NCBI GenBank assembly: GCA_963678785.1 | Contig: OY787449.1 | Location: 448,704 to 512,703, forward strand | DNA length: 64,000 nt | From: Bacteroidales bacterium | GTDB taxonomy: Bacteria; Bacteroidota; Bacteroidia; Bacteroidales; GCA-2711565 | Direction of reading: 5' to 3' | Part shown: in pieces, positions 1 through 10,075 of the stretch | How the letters are laid out: every line of letters begins with the position of its first letter | How positions within the stretch are numbered: the first letter of the stretch is position 1 | Notes under the pieces: model-generated | Seen by the model: only the letters and a program-made list of their open reading frames with translations | Told to the model about the DNA's origin: nothing | Databases searched by the model: none | Position numbers and translations under genes: made by a program

Positions 1-287
1 TATAATTAATTTAGAAAACCTGCTTTTCATAATCACTTTTGCTCGCTTCTGATTCGATCTCCCTTATACTTTTTTGGGACCTAGGTACTGTTCAAGTTCA
101 ATGAAAGCTATAGAAGGGTGGAATCTCTATGATACGGCATCAACTCAGTGTGCCTAGCCAAACCTCCCTATCCCTTCTATTTGGTTTGGTTCATATTGCT
201 TTATTGTATAAATTTATCAAACTTAAATATGTTTATAGCAAACATACGAGCCAAACCGTTACAGGGCATTTAAACAGACGAGTACAA

Positions 288-1034
288 ATGGCATATTTTG
301 AATTTGAAAATAGAAAAGTTTACTACAAAATAAAGGGACAAGGAAAGCCTTTGTTATTCTTGCATGGCAATTCGGTTTCATCGAAAATGTTTGCGTTTCT
401 GATATCAAAATATTCGAAAGAGTTTCAAACAATTATGATTGATTTTCCCGGACACGGTAAATCAGACAGGTTGGAGAAGTTTCCAACAGACTTTTGGTTT
501 TATAATTCTCAGGCGTGTTATGCTCTAATTGAAGTGCTAAATTTAAGTGATGTAAATGTAATTGGAACAAGCGGAGGAGCCTTGGTTGCTATAAATTTAG
601 GTTTGGAGCACCCTGAAAAAATAAAAACCATAATTGCTGACAGTTTTGAAGGAGAGTTTCCTTTACCATCATATATTGAGACAATTAGAGCTGACCGAGA
701 AAATGACAAAAATAAACTTCTTGCTAAACTATTTTGGTGGTTCAGTCACGGCAAAGACTGGCGAAAAGTAGTTGACTTAGATACAGATGTCAACATTGAA
801 TTCTTTGAAACAGGAAAATCTTTTTTCCATAAATCAATATCAGAATTAAAGCCCAATACCTTACTGACAGGAAGTATGAAAGATGAGTATTGTAATCATC
901 TTGATATTATTTTCGGAAAGCTCAAAGCGAAAAATACAAAATTAGACATTCATTTGTTTGAGAGGGGAAATCACCCTGCAATGCTCTCAAATAAAAAAGA
1001 GTTCTTTGACCTTGTAAAAGAGAGATTAAAATGA
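288..1034 (+). CDS. alpha/beta-fold hydrolase
   Basis: Part of ORF 129..1034. It has an HG motif (FLHGNS) and a GxSxG nucleophile elbow (GTSGG). I moved the start to ATG 288 (MAYFEFENRKVYY) because the upstream 53 codons look like read-through. It overlaps the next gene by the 4-nt ATGA. Confidence 0.8.
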   Translation: MAYFEFENRKVYYKIKGQGKPLLFLHGNSVSSKMFAFLISKYSKEFQTIMIDFPGHGKSDRLEKFPTDFWFYNSQACYALIEVLNLSDVNVIGTSGGALVAINLGLEHPEKIKTIIADSFEGEFPLPSYIETIRADRENDKNKLLAKLFWWFSHGKDWRKVVDLDTDVNIEFFETGKSFFHKSISELKPNTLLTGSMKDEYCNHLDIIFGKLKAKNTKLDIHLFERGNHPAMLSNKKEFFDLVKERLK

Positions 1035-1873
1035 AAATAAAAGAAATAGTAAATATAATAGAGAAACCAAACCTTTACGAAAAAGGCACTTCCTTTATGT
1101 GGACAGACCCACATATTTCAAAGCAATTATTACAGGTTCACCTAAATCCAAACATTGACCTTGGTAGTCGTAAGAAATTAACGATTGAAAAAACGGCAAG
1201 TTGGATTTTAAATACTCAAAACGAAAATCATAAATTAAACATTTTGGACTTAGGTTGTGGTCCTGGTTTATACACCGAAATTTTTGCTCAAAGAGGACAT
1301 AATGTAACAGGAATTGATATTTCTAAAAACTCAATTGATTATGCAATTAAATCTGCAAAAGAAAAAGAGTTAAGCATTGTCTATCAAAATGAAAGTTATT
1401 TGGACATTAATTTTGAGAAGGAAAAATATGATTTAATTGTACTTATCTATACAGATTTGGGTGCACTGCTTCCAAACGAGAGAGATAAGCTTTTAAAGAA
1501 TATCTTTAAGGCATTAAAAAAAGGTGGGATTTTTATTTTTGACGTTTTAAAAGACAAAGACCTAAATGACAAATTAACGCCTAAAACTTGGGAGGCAAGT
1601 AAAGTCGGATTCTGGAAAGAAACACCTTATTTAGCATTGTCGGAATCGTTTATTTATGAGCAGGAGAAAGTGATATTGTTTCAAAATACAATTATAGACG
1701 ATGGAGAAAATATTGAAACTTACCGATTTTGGACTCATTTCTTCTCACAAAAGGATGTAATGAAATTGTTAAAGCACAATAATTTTAAAAACATTGATTT
1801 TCGAGAAGATATTTTGCCTGAAAGTGATTTATGGAATGGCGATAATGTAATATTTACAAAATGCGAAAAGTAG
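1031..1873 (+). CDS. class I SAM-dependent methyltransferase
   Basis: 280-aa ORF with SAM-binding motif I (ILDLGCGPGLYT) and a downstream acidic loop (GIDIS). It is translationally coupled to the hydrolase. Confidence 0.8.
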   Translation: MKIKEIVNIIEKPNLYEKGTSFMWTDPHISKQLLQVHLNPNIDLGSRKKLTIEKTASWILNTQNENHKLNILDLGCGPGLYTEIFAQRGHNVTGIDISKNSIDYAIKSAKEKELSIVYQNESYLDINFEKEKYDLIVLIYTDLGALLPNERDKLLKNIFKALKKGGIFIFDVLKDKDLNDKLTPKTWEASKVGFWKETPYLALSESFIYEQEKVILFQNTIIDDGENIETYRFWTHFFSQKDVMKLLKHNNFKNIDFREDILPESDLWNGDNVIFTKCEK

Positions 1874-1893
1874 AAAAATAAGGAAAAACGCCC

Positions 1894-2023
1894 TGTAACA
1901 ATGTATAAAAATAATAGCCGATATAGTAGTAAATTCAAGGGTTGTAGCTCGCTTCAACTTTTATGCAACTTGACAGGAAAGTGCCACGCATTCGGCTACT
2001 ATTCTTATACTAACCGTTGGGGG
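1894..2023 (+). repeat. attC-like structured repeat, copy E1
   Basis: The layout is GTAAC-aat-GTATAAAAATAATAGC, a ~65-nt centre, GCTACTATTCTTATAC-taac-CGTTGGGG. The 16-nt arms are inverted repeats with 2 mismatches. The first 96 nt match copy E3 at 87 of 96 positions (hand count). Confidence 0.75.
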
Positions 2024-2036
2024 TAATTTTGAGAAT

Positions 2037-2058
2037 ATACCAATAATTGGTATATTTG
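2037..2058 (+). promoter_or_regulatory. parDE promoter/operator: perfect 8-1-8 palindrome overlapping a TAnnTTTG -7 box
   Basis: ATACCAAT-A-ATTGGTAT at 2037..2053 overlaps TATATTTG at 2051..2058, 18 nt upstream of the parD ATG. ParD-type antitoxins are known autorepressors. Confidence 0.5.
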
Positions 2059-2075
2059 TAAGAAACGATAAAGCT

Positions 2076-2318
2076 ATGGGAAAAAACACATCAATATTAT
2101 TGGGAAACCATTTTGAAAAATTCATAAACAATATTATTTCAACTGGCAGATATAGTTCTACAAGTGAGGTCATCAGAACTGCTTTAAGATTGCTTGAAAC
2201 CGAAGAACAGAAATCAATAGAACTACGAAAGGCACTTGATCTCGGTGAAAACAGTAATCTTGTTGATAACTTTGACCCAAATAAACATTTAAACGAACTG
2301 CGTAAGAAACATTTATGA
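2076..2318 (+). CDS. parD: type II antitoxin, ParD family (ribbon-helix-helix)
   Basis: The 80-aa N-terminus MGKNTSILLGNHFEKFINNIISTGRYSSTSEVIRTALRLLE is the typical ParD4-type signature. Its stop overlaps the toxin start (ATGA). Confidence 0.85.
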   Translation: MGKNTSILLGNHFEKFINNIISTGRYSSTSEVIRTALRLLETEEQKSIELRKALDLGENSNLVDNFDPNKHLNELRKKHL

Positions 2319-2620
2319 GAAAACAAAATTATTGCATTAGTGAGAAAGCAGTTGAGGATTTAGAAAATATTTGGGTTTACACTCTTGAAAAATGGTCTTC
2401 TGAACAAGCTGACAGATATTACAATTTAATAACTAATGAAATTGAATTCATAGCTAATAATTTTAATACTGGTAAAGCAATGGATCATATCAGGAAAGGA
2501 TACAGATCTTCAATTGTAAAATCTCATTTGATCTTTTATCGAATGGGACAGGACAATGTAGTGGAAATAATTAGGATTCTTCATCAAGAAATGGATGTAG
2601 AAAATAAGATTAACAAATAA
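2315..2620 (+). CDS. parE: type II toxin, RelE/ParE family
   Basis: 101 aa. It shows the ParE-like pattern (A..DL..IW.Y ... HLIFYR ... VEIIRILHQEMD) and sits immediately downstream of parD. Confidence 0.85.
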   Translation: MRKQNYCISEKAVEDLENIWVYTLEKWSSEQADRYYNLITNEIEFIANNFNTGKAMDHIRKGYRSSIVKSHLIFYRMGQDNVVEIIRILHQEMDVENKINK

Positions 2621-2922
2621 AAACTACACACAACGGTTTCGTCGGTAAAAATAATCGAAAACAGATATTTATCCTCTTTTAGGTCATTGTCTTTTGAGAA
2701 AGAAAGAGAATTGGAGTGTGTTTTTTCAGAATATCAGGTTCCTATAACATATATATGACAGAATTTTTAGTTCATTGATTTTTCACTCATCTATTCTATA
2801 AAATATCCTCTTCATGCTTTTAATACCATTTTAATCACAAAGTGAGCCTTATGATATTTGGTATAATGCCGATGTATATTTAGTAGTCTTAAAATGTGCA
2901 ACAATTTTAAGGCTCAGTCTAA

Positions 2923-2978
2923 ATAACAATCGGTATAAATAGCAAAAAGACAAACCGCTACTATTCAACTTTTTGTTT
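2923..2978 (+). repeat. miniature or degenerate attC-like repeat, copy E4
   Basis: ATAACAATcggTATAAATAGC, a 12-nt loop, then CCGCTACTATTC-aacttttt-GTT. The left end matches E1 (TAACAAT.TATAAA..TAGC). The right arm CCGCTACTATTC is identical to E2. It overlaps the last codons of the convergent AraC gene. Confidence 0.45.
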
Positions 2979-3866
2979 CTTACGAAATTGTGTGGCGGTT
3001 ATTCCGGTATTGCGTTTAAAGAACTGATTGAAATTGGCAACTTCATTAAAAGCTAAAATATCAGCTATTTCTGCTATTGATTTGTTTTTTTTGTGCAACA
3101 ATGCTTTGGCCGACAAGGTTTTGTAATCAATAATTACTTTTTGCGCACTCTTGCCCGACGCTTTTTTTACACATTCGCTCAAATAAACTGGACTAATATT
3201 CATTTGTGAGGCATATTCATTTACCTCCAGAAATGTGTTGCCATTAGTATGAATGAGTTGTTCGAATTTAGCCATAATTGCATCATAGCGGTTCATACTA
3301 ATGATGCCCTCATCGTTTTGAGTGATACGTTTTATTTTATACAATAGAATCAGCAGCTGAGATCGAATTATTTCAAGTTGATGCATTTTATCAACTCTTG
3401 ATTCGTGGTAAATCTCTTTGACAATGCTTACAATTTCAGCAAAATCATCATCTTCAATTTGGTATAAGGGCAGAGTATGAAGTTTGAAAAAAGGGAATTC
3501 GTTTTGCACATCGTACGAATTATTTAATGTTTCAAATAATGAAGCTTTAAAATAGATAATATATCCTTCGTTATCATCTTTTTGTGGTTTCTTTCCATAG
3601 TTAATCGTTTGATAAGGAGAAACAATAGCCAAACTATTGTCTTTTTTTTGTAAGGTTTGATCCCCGATTTTTATTTTTACCGTATTATGAAGTAAAATGC
3701 CTACTTCAAAAAAATCTCTTTTATGGGGTGCCAAGTATTCGGCATCGGGGGTCTTGTTTTCTGCACGGTCTATTTTTATCGACCTGATATAAAACTGATT
3801 CGAATAATCGTTTGTGTCCTTATCCTTGTTTAGAAAGTAGCCTTTTATGTCGGTGTATATCTTCAT
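2961..3866 (-). CDS. AraC family transcriptional regulator
   Basis: 301 aa with a C-terminal double HTH (ISPVYLSECVKKASGKSAQKVIIDYK ... IAEIADILAFNEVANFNQFFKRNTGITATQFR). It is divergent from the RND operon. Confidence 0.85.
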   Translation of the reverse strand: MKIYTDIKGYFLNKDKDTNDYSNQFYIRSIKIDRAENKTPDAEYLAPHKRDFFEVGILLHNTVKIKIGDQTLQKKDNSLAIVSPYQTINYGKKPQKDDNEGYIIYFKASLFETLNNSYDVQNEFPFFKLHTLPLYQIEDDDFAEIVSIVKEIYHESRVDKMHQLEIIRSQLLILLYKIKRITQNDEGIISMNRYDAIMAKFEQLIHTNGNTFLEVNEYASQMNISPVYLSECVKKASGKSAQKVIIDYKTLSAKALLHKKNKSIAEIADILAFNEVANFNQFFKRNTGITATQFRKKQKVE

Positions 3867-4035
3867 AGTGTTATACCTTTTCTTTTATGGTGTCCTAGAA
3901 TCGCATCAAAAATACTAAAAAACCTAAATAGCAATCTGTTTTGCCTAAATAACAATTCATAATTAACTATTAAAACAGACTACTTTTGTCTCTAAGAAAT
4001 AAATAGGTCAGGCTATCTCAGGCTTGGTAATATGG

Positions 4036-5184
4036 ATGAGTAAAATAATAGATATGAAGATTCAAATTAGAAGTTTAATAGGTATCATCTCGCTGTGTTT
4101 AGGCATAATTGTACTTGTTTCGTGCAACCAAAAGCAAGATGATAGAAAGACGCAGACTCCTGAACTATCGGTAATGGAAGTTAAACCGAGTACACAAGAG
4201 TTTTACGAATCCTATTCGGCTACCATAAAAGGGAAGCAAGATATTGATATTCGCCCGCAAATAACGGGGTTTATCACTAAAGTAAATGTTGATGAAGGAT
4301 CAGTTGTAAAAAAAGGTCAGGTGTTGTTTCAAATCGATCAAGTGCAATACCAAGAGGCTGTAAATGTAGCGAAAGCCAATGTTGCTGTTGCGGAAGCTGA
4401 TGTTGCAACAGTTAAGCTAACCGCTAAAAACAAAAAATCGTTAGCAGATAGAAATATTATTAGCGCTTACGAACTTGAGCTTTCAGAAAACGAATTGGCT
4501 AGTTGTAATGCTCAACTTGCCGTGGTAAAGGCAGAATTAGTGAGTGCTCAAAAAGATTTATCCTACACCCGTATAACAAGCCCTACAGATGGTGTTATAG
4601 GTAAAATATCGTATCGTGTTGGAGCGTTGGTAAGTCCTACAATGTCTGATGCTATCACTACAGTTTCAGAATTCACAACCATGTACGCTAATTTTTCTCT
4701 TACAGAGAAGAAACTTCTTTCTTTGGCAAAAGACAATAACTTAACAGTAGACATCGTCAAAAATCTTCCTAAAGTACAATTGAAGATGAGCAATGGAGAT
4801 ATCTGCAGGTATTTAGGTACGATAGAAACCATTAGTGGAACCATTGATGAGACCACAGGTGCTGCCAGTATTAGAGCAGCCTTTCCCAACGAAGATGGAA
4901 TCTTACGTAGTGGTGGAACAGCTTCTGTTATTCTGCCTTATTCTCTCGAAAACTGTTTGTTAGTTCCACAAAATGCCACGTATGAGATTCAAGACAAAAA
5001 ATTCGTGTACACCGTAGATGAAAACTCGACAGTATCAAGTACCGAAATTGAAATTTATCCACTAAACAACGGCACTCAATATGCTGTAACAAAAGGATTA
5101 ACAGAAGGAGATAAAATCGTAACTGAGGGAATCAATTCCTTAAGCGATGGTTTAACGATTAAAGTAAAATCTAAAACATTATAA
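4036..5184 (+). CDS. efflux RND transporter periplasmic adaptor (membrane fusion protein)
   Basis: Lipoprotein-like N-terminus (LVSC), followed by a biotinyl-lipoyl-like hairpin and a coiled-coil region. It is the first gene of an adaptor-pump-OMF triad. The start is ambiguous: TTG 4024, ATG 4036 or ATG 4054. Confidence 0.85.
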   Translation: MSKIIDMKIQIRSLIGIISLCLGIIVLVSCNQKQDDRKTQTPELSVMEVKPSTQEFYESYSATIKGKQDIDIRPQITGFITKVNVDEGSVVKKGQVLFQIDQVQYQEAVNVAKANVAVAEADVATVKLTAKNKKSLADRNIISAYELELSENELASCNAQLAVVKAELVSAQKDLSYTRITSPTDGVIGKISYRVGALVSPTMSDAITTVSEFTTMYANFSLTEKKLLSLAKDNNLTVDIVKNLPKVQLKMSNGDICRYLGTIETISGTIDETTGAASIRAAFPNEDGILRSGGTASVILPYSLENCLLVPQNATYEIQDKKFVYTVDENSTVSSTEIEIYPLNNGTQYAVTKGLTEGDKIVTEGINSLSDGLTIKVKSKTL

Positions 5185-5187
5185 ATC

Positions 5188-8100
5188 ATGAAGTTTGATA
5201 AATTCATAACGCGGCCTGTTTTATCTTCAGCAATATCCATTTTCATTGTCATTTTAGGGTTGCTGGGTTTAGTTTCCCTACCCATCACGCAATATCCCAG
5301 TATTGCACCACCAACGATACAGGTATCAGCCACTTATACTGGAGCTAATGCCCAAACCGTTCTCAACAGTGTGGTTGCGCCATTAGAGGAGGAAATCAAT
5401 GGTGTCGAGAATATGTCTTATATGACCTCTACGGCAACCAATACTGGAACTGCCTCAATATTGGTCTATTTTGAGCTGGGCACCGATCCGGACATGGCCG
5501 CTATAAATGTGCAAAATAAGGTAAGCCAGGCAGAAGGATCATTACCTTCTGAAGTCACCAAAATTGGGGTGACTACCAGCAAACGTCAATCGAGTATGTT
5601 GATGGGGTTTGGTCTTTATAGCGAAAATGATCAATATGATTATTCGTTTTTGGAGAACTATGCCGATATCAATTTAATTCCACAAATCAAACGAATTAGT
5701 GGCGTTAGCGATGTTTTTATTACAGGATCAAACTACTCCATGCGTATCTGGTTGAAACCCGATGTAATGGCACAATATCACCTTATGCCCAGCGACATCA
5801 CAACAGCGCTCGACGAACAAAATATTGAAGCAGCTCCCGGACAATTGGGTGAGCAGGGCAATCAAACATTTCAGTATGTACTAAAGTACAAAGGTCGTTT
5901 GCAAAATGAAGTAGATTTCGAAAACATTGTTATTTCAGCCACCAGCAATGGCGAGGTTCTACACCTGAAAGATATTGCAGATATAGAACTGGGACGTTTA
6001 TCAAGTAGTGTTACGGCTAGTATAAACGGTCATCCTGGTGTCTCCGGTATGGTTTTCCAAACATCGGGTTCCAATGCGATGGATATTAACAATAGTATCG
6101 AAAGTTTCTTGGAAGAAGCAGAAGCAGATTTCCCCGATGGTGTAAAATCGGCTATCATGTTGAATACCAACGATTTTTTATACGCTTCGATTTGGGAAGT
6201 GGTAAAAACATTGCTCGAAGCTTTTCTATTGGTTATCCTGGTTACTTATATCTTTCTGCAAAATACCCGTTCCACACTTATTCCTACCATTGCTATTCCG
6301 GTTGCCTTAGTGGGGTCGTTTTTCCTGATGTGGATATTCGGCTTTAGTGTTAACCTGCTTACACTTTGCGCCATGGTACTTGCTATTGGTACGGTGGTTG
6401 ATGATGCCATTATTGTGGTTGAAGCTGTTCAGGCGAAAATAGATGCCGGTTACACCTCGGCGCGTCAGGCTTCTATAGATGCAATAGGTGAGATATCCGG
6501 TGCTGTTGTTACATCTACTTTAGTGATGATGGCTATTTTTATCCCTGTTAGCTTTACGGGCGGAACAACAGGTATATTCTTTAAACAAATGGGCTTAACC
6601 ATGGCTTTTGCTATTGGTATTTCGGGGATAAATGCACTAACCTTAAGTCCTGCATTGTGTGCATTATTGCTAAAACCTTCGATTAAAAATGGGGAAAAGA
6701 AAACTTCTTTTACACAACGCTTTCACACCGCTTTTAACGATAATTTTAAGCGCTTAACCAACAAATATAAAAAAGGAGTAAGCTTTTTTACGGCTCATAA
6801 ACTGATGAGTGGATCGCTTGTTGGCATCGTAATCATTGCTTTTGTGTTTTTATTACGCACCACTCCCACCGGCTTAATTCCTAATGAAGATCAGGGAACT
6901 ATTTTTGGTGCTCTTGCTATGCCTGTGGGAACTTCATTGGAAGAGACAACTAAAGAAATGGACAAGATATTGGAGATCGTACAAGGCATTCCTGCCATCG
7001 AAACCTATTCCCTAAGTAATGGTTATAGCCTTCTTGATGGTTCAGGTAATACCTATGGAAATCTAATGTGTAAACTAAAAGACTGGGACTTACGAGGCGA
7101 CGGAGAAAGTGTAGATGAAATTATTGCTCTGCTAAACAGAGAAACAGCCAAAGTGATTAAAAATGGGAATATGATATATTTATCACCTCCTATGGTAGCA
7201 GGATATAGTGTAACCAATGGCTTTGAATTGAAGTTGCAAGATAAAACAGGTGGTGATTTAACTGATTTCGAAACGGTTGCTAAGGATTTCATACAGAAGC
7301 TTAACCAACGTCCTGAAATAGAGAGTGCCCGTACTTCTTTTAGTGCATCGACACCTCAATACATGGTCGATGTGGATGTGGAAAAATGTAAAATCGCCGG
7401 AATTAGTCCCGATGTCATTCTATCTACATTGGAAGGTTATTATGGCGGTATTTACGCTTCTAATTTCAACCGCTTTGGTAAACTATACCGTGTGATGATA
7501 CAGGCAAGTCCGGATTATCGAACCAATACCGAAAGTTTGAATAAAATAATGGTGCGTAATGGAACAGAAATGGCGCCTATATCGCAATTTGTAACGCTTC
7601 GAAAAGCTTATGGTCCTGACAACATTAACCGCTTTAATATGTATACCTCAATAGGCATAACAGGTTCGCCTGACGGTGATTACAGCTCTGGTGAAGCCAT
7701 AAGTGCTATCAAGGAGCTTGCAAAAGAATTACCCACTGGTTACAGCTATGAATTTTCAGGGATGACACGTGAAGAAAGTAGTACAGGTGCCAATTCTACT
7801 GCTTACGTTTTGGGTCTGGTATTTCTGTTTATCTATCTATTATTGAGTATGCAATACGAAAGTTATATACTTCCCATCATCATTATACTTTCCATTCCAA
7901 TGGGATTGGCAGGAAGTTTATTGTTTGCCAATATAATGGGAGTCGATAATAACATTTATCTGCAAGTAGCACTCATTATGTTGATTGGATTAATTGCTAA
8001 AAACTCCATTCTAATTGTGGAATATGCCATTGAACGCCGTCAACAGGGATTATCGATTTTGGAAGCTGCTATTGAAGCTGCGGCAGCACGTCTTCGTCCT

Positions 8101-8346
8101 ATTATGATGACTTCGCTTACACTGATTGTTGGATTATTACCCATGATGTTTGCAAGTGGAGTTGGCGCCAACGGAAATAGCTCTTTAGGTACTGGAGTTA
8201 TTGGGGGTATGCTTGTGGGGATGATCAGTCAGATATTTATTACACCTGCTTTGTTTGTCATCTTCCAAAAAGTTCAGGAAAAATTTAAACCCATGACTGA
8301 GGATTTTAACCAAACAGCCAGCGAGAACGCAAGTATCACACAATAA
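5188..8346 (+). CDS. RND multidrug efflux permease (AcrB/HAE1-like)
   Basis: 1052 aa with a 12-TM AcrB-type layout. The N-terminus MKFDKFITRPVLSSAISIFIVILG and the VVDDAIIVVE motif are typical of the ACR_tran family. Confidence 0.92.
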   Translation: MKFDKFITRPVLSSAISIFIVILGLLGLVSLPITQYPSIAPPTIQVSATYTGANAQTVLNSVVAPLEEEINGVENMSYMTSTATNTGTASILVYFELGTDPDMAAINVQNKVSQAEGSLPSEVTKIGVTTSKRQSSMLMGFGLYSENDQYDYSFLENYADINLIPQIKRISGVSDVFITGSNYSMRIWLKPDVMAQYHLMPSDITTALDEQNIEAAPGQLGEQGNQTFQYVLKYKGRLQNEVDFENIVISATSNGEVLHLKDIADIELGRLSSSVTASINGHPGVSGMVFQTSGSNAMDINNSIESFLEEAEADFPDGVKSAIMLNTNDFLYASIWEVVKTLLEAFLLVILVTYIFLQNTRSTLIPTIAIPVALVGSFFLMWIFGFSVNLLTLCAMVLAIGTVVDDAIIVVEAVQAKIDAGYTSARQASIDAIGEISGAVVTSTLVMMAIFIPVSFTGGTTGIFFKQMGLTMAFAIGISGINALTLSPALCALLLKPSIKNGEKKTSFTQRFHTAFNDNFKRLTNKYKKGVSFFTAHKLMSGSLVGIVIIAFVFLLRTTPTGLIPNEDQGTIFGALAMPVGTSLEETTKEMDKILEIVQGIPAIETYSLSNGYSLLDGSGNTYGNLMCKLKDWDLRGDGESVDEIIALLNRETAKVIKNGNMIYLSPPMVAGYSVTNGFELKLQDKTGGDLTDFETVAKDFIQKLNQRPEIESARTSFSASTPQYMVDVDVEKCKIAGISPDVILSTLEGYYGGIYASNFNRFGKLYRVMIQASPDYRTNTESLNKIMVRNGTEMAPISQFVTLRKAYGPDNINRFNMYTSIGITGSPDGDYSSGEAISAIKELAKELPTGYSYEFSGMTREESSTGANSTAYVLGLVFLFIYLLLSMQYESYILPIIIILSIPMGLAGSLLFANIMGVDNNIYLQVALIMLIGLIAKNSILIVEYAIERRQQGLSILEAAIEAAAARLRPIMMTSLTLIVGLLPMMFASGVGANGNSSLGTGVIGGMLVGMISQIFITPALFVIFQKVQEKFKPMTEDFNQTASENASITQ

Positions 8347-8357
8347 AAAGACTCAAA

Positions 8358-9734
8358 ATGAAAAAGATAATTATATTTTTTATCGGCATAGTACTGCTCA
8401 GCAGTTGTTCGGTATATAAAACCTTCGAAACACCAGAAGTATCAACAGAGAATCTCTATCGCGACATAAGTTCCGTTGATGCTGTAATGCCTGAGGATAG
8501 TGTGAATTTAGGGAATCTACCCTGGCGCGAATTATTTACTGACCCTCAATTACAAGCGCTTATTGAACAGGGCCTGGAAGCAAATCTTGATTTACAAACC
8601 GCATTGCTTCGGATAGAACAGGCTGAGGCATCACTTTCATCGGCTCGTTTAGCTTATACACCCGACTTATCGTTTTCGTCAACTGGAACACTATCTAATC
8701 AGGGTGGGTCCACAACAAAATCCTATGAATCACCGCTTTCATCAAGTTGGCAAATTCCCTTATTTGGCGGTTTGCGCAATACCAAAAAAGGAGCTGAAAC
8801 TACTTTGGAACAAAGCCAGGCTTACAAACAAGCGATACAGACACAGTTGATTGCAAGCGTAGCTGAGAGTTACTATTATTTATTGATGCTCGACAGGCAG
8901 CTGGATATTACCGATAAAACAATCTTAAGCTGGGAAGACAGAATTGAAAGCATGCGCGCTTTAAAAGAAGTAGGCATGACCAATGAAGCTTCCATTACGC
9001 AGAGTGAAGCAAGTTATTATGCCTTAAAATCCTATTATTCCGACTTACAACAGTCGATACGTGAAACGGAGAATGCGCTTTCCATTACCTTAGGGCAAGC
9101 ACCTCAGGCAATAAAGCGGGGTGAGTGGCAAACCATTAAGCTTCCAGAACAGATATCGGTGGGTGTTCCTTTACAAATGTTAGCCAATCGCCCTGATATA
9201 AAACAGTACGAAATGGCCTTAGCCACAGCTTTCTATAATACCAACGTAGCGCGATCAGCTTTTTACCCCAATATTACGATAAGTGCTTCAGTGGGGTGGA
9301 CCAATAATAATGGCGGAATCATTACCAATCCCGGGGAACTTATATCCAGTGCTATCGGTTTGTTAACGGCTCCAATTCTCAATCGCGGGGTAAATAAGGC
9401 AAATTTAAAAATAGCAAAGTCTCTTCAGGAGGAAGCTTTACTTAATTTTAAACAGAGCCTATTGAATGCTGGCAGCGAAGTGAGTAATGCTCTGTTTCAA
9501 TATTCTACGGCGATACAGAAACAAAAAAATCGTAGCAAACAACTGGAGGCTCTCGAACGTTCGGTGCTCTATACACGTGAGTTATTTCAATTAGCATCAT
9601 CAACTTATTTGGAAGTATTAACAGCTCAAGAAACTTTGCTGGATGCACAATTATCTGAAACGAACGATTGGTATGATCAGATCCAGGCGATCATCAATTT
9701 GTATCAGGCTTTAGGTGGTGGGCGTGAAGAATAA
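8358..9734 (+). CDS. efflux outer-membrane factor lipoprotein (TolC/NodT family)
   Basis: 458 aa with a lipoprotein signal (LLSSC) and a duplicated OEP repeat. It is the third gene of the RND operon. Confidence 0.88.
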   Translation: MKKIIIFFIGIVLLSSCSVYKTFETPEVSTENLYRDISSVDAVMPEDSVNLGNLPWRELFTDPQLQALIEQGLEANLDLQTALLRIEQAEASLSSARLAYTPDLSFSSTGTLSNQGGSTTKSYESPLSSSWQIPLFGGLRNTKKGAETTLEQSQAYKQAIQTQLIASVAESYYYLLMLDRQLDITDKTILSWEDRIESMRALKEVGMTNEASITQSEASYYALKSYYSDLQQSIRETENALSITLGQAPQAIKRGEWQTIKLPEQISVGVPLQMLANRPDIKQYEMALATAFYNTNVARSAFYPNITISASVGWTNNNGGIITNPGELISSAIGLLTAPILNRGVNKANLKIAKSLQEEALLNFKQSLLNAGSEVSNALFQYSTAIQKQKNRSKQLEALERSVLYTRELFQLASSTYLEVLTAQETLLDAQLSETNDWYDQIQAIINLYQALGGGREE

Positions 9735-9782
9735 GCATTTGAATTAATCGATTTTGAACGCCACACAATATTCCTAAAAGAC

Positions 9783-10075
9783 AGACCGAAATTTAAATTA
9801 TTATTAGTTTATGCCTGCCCGGCAGTTTTGGGACTTTTAGTAAATGTGCTTTATAATATTGTTGACCGTATATTTATGGGACTCCTAGCCTTGTCCCCAA
9901 TTCGATGTCGCCCTTTATGCATCTATTATCACACTCTTTGTGCTCATGACGGTATTGATTAGAATGGAACGAAGGTAGAAAAGGTCACGCTGGCCATTTG
10001 CATGCAGCCTTGATGGCTTATTTCGTACTCATGTTACTAACAACAGACTTAATTGCACAAACGGAATGGTTTAAT
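9783..10075 (+). pseudogene. decayed fragment of a MATE-family efflux gene
   Basis: Translating 9819..9881 gives PAVLGLLVNVLYNIVDRIFMG, the conserved MATE N-terminal motif. The frame then breaks into short pieces separated by stops and frameshifts, with no intact ORF. Confidence 0.45.

Noticed and set aside
190-262. A possible further attC-like copy upstream of the hydrolase gene (TGTATAAATTTATC ... TTTATAGCAAACATAC ... CCGTTACAGG).
   Set aside because: Only short, gapped resemblance to the family ends, and the arms do not pair convincingly. It is too weak to call without a covariance model.
4563-4889. Numerous 60-150-aa ORFs lie antisense to or nested within long genes (e.g. 4563..4889, 7053..7292, 11348..11596, 47852..48151, 49030..49347, 59007..59459).
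   Set aside because: They lie inside genes with strong family signatures on the other strand or frame, have low-complexity or odd composition, and have no motifs.
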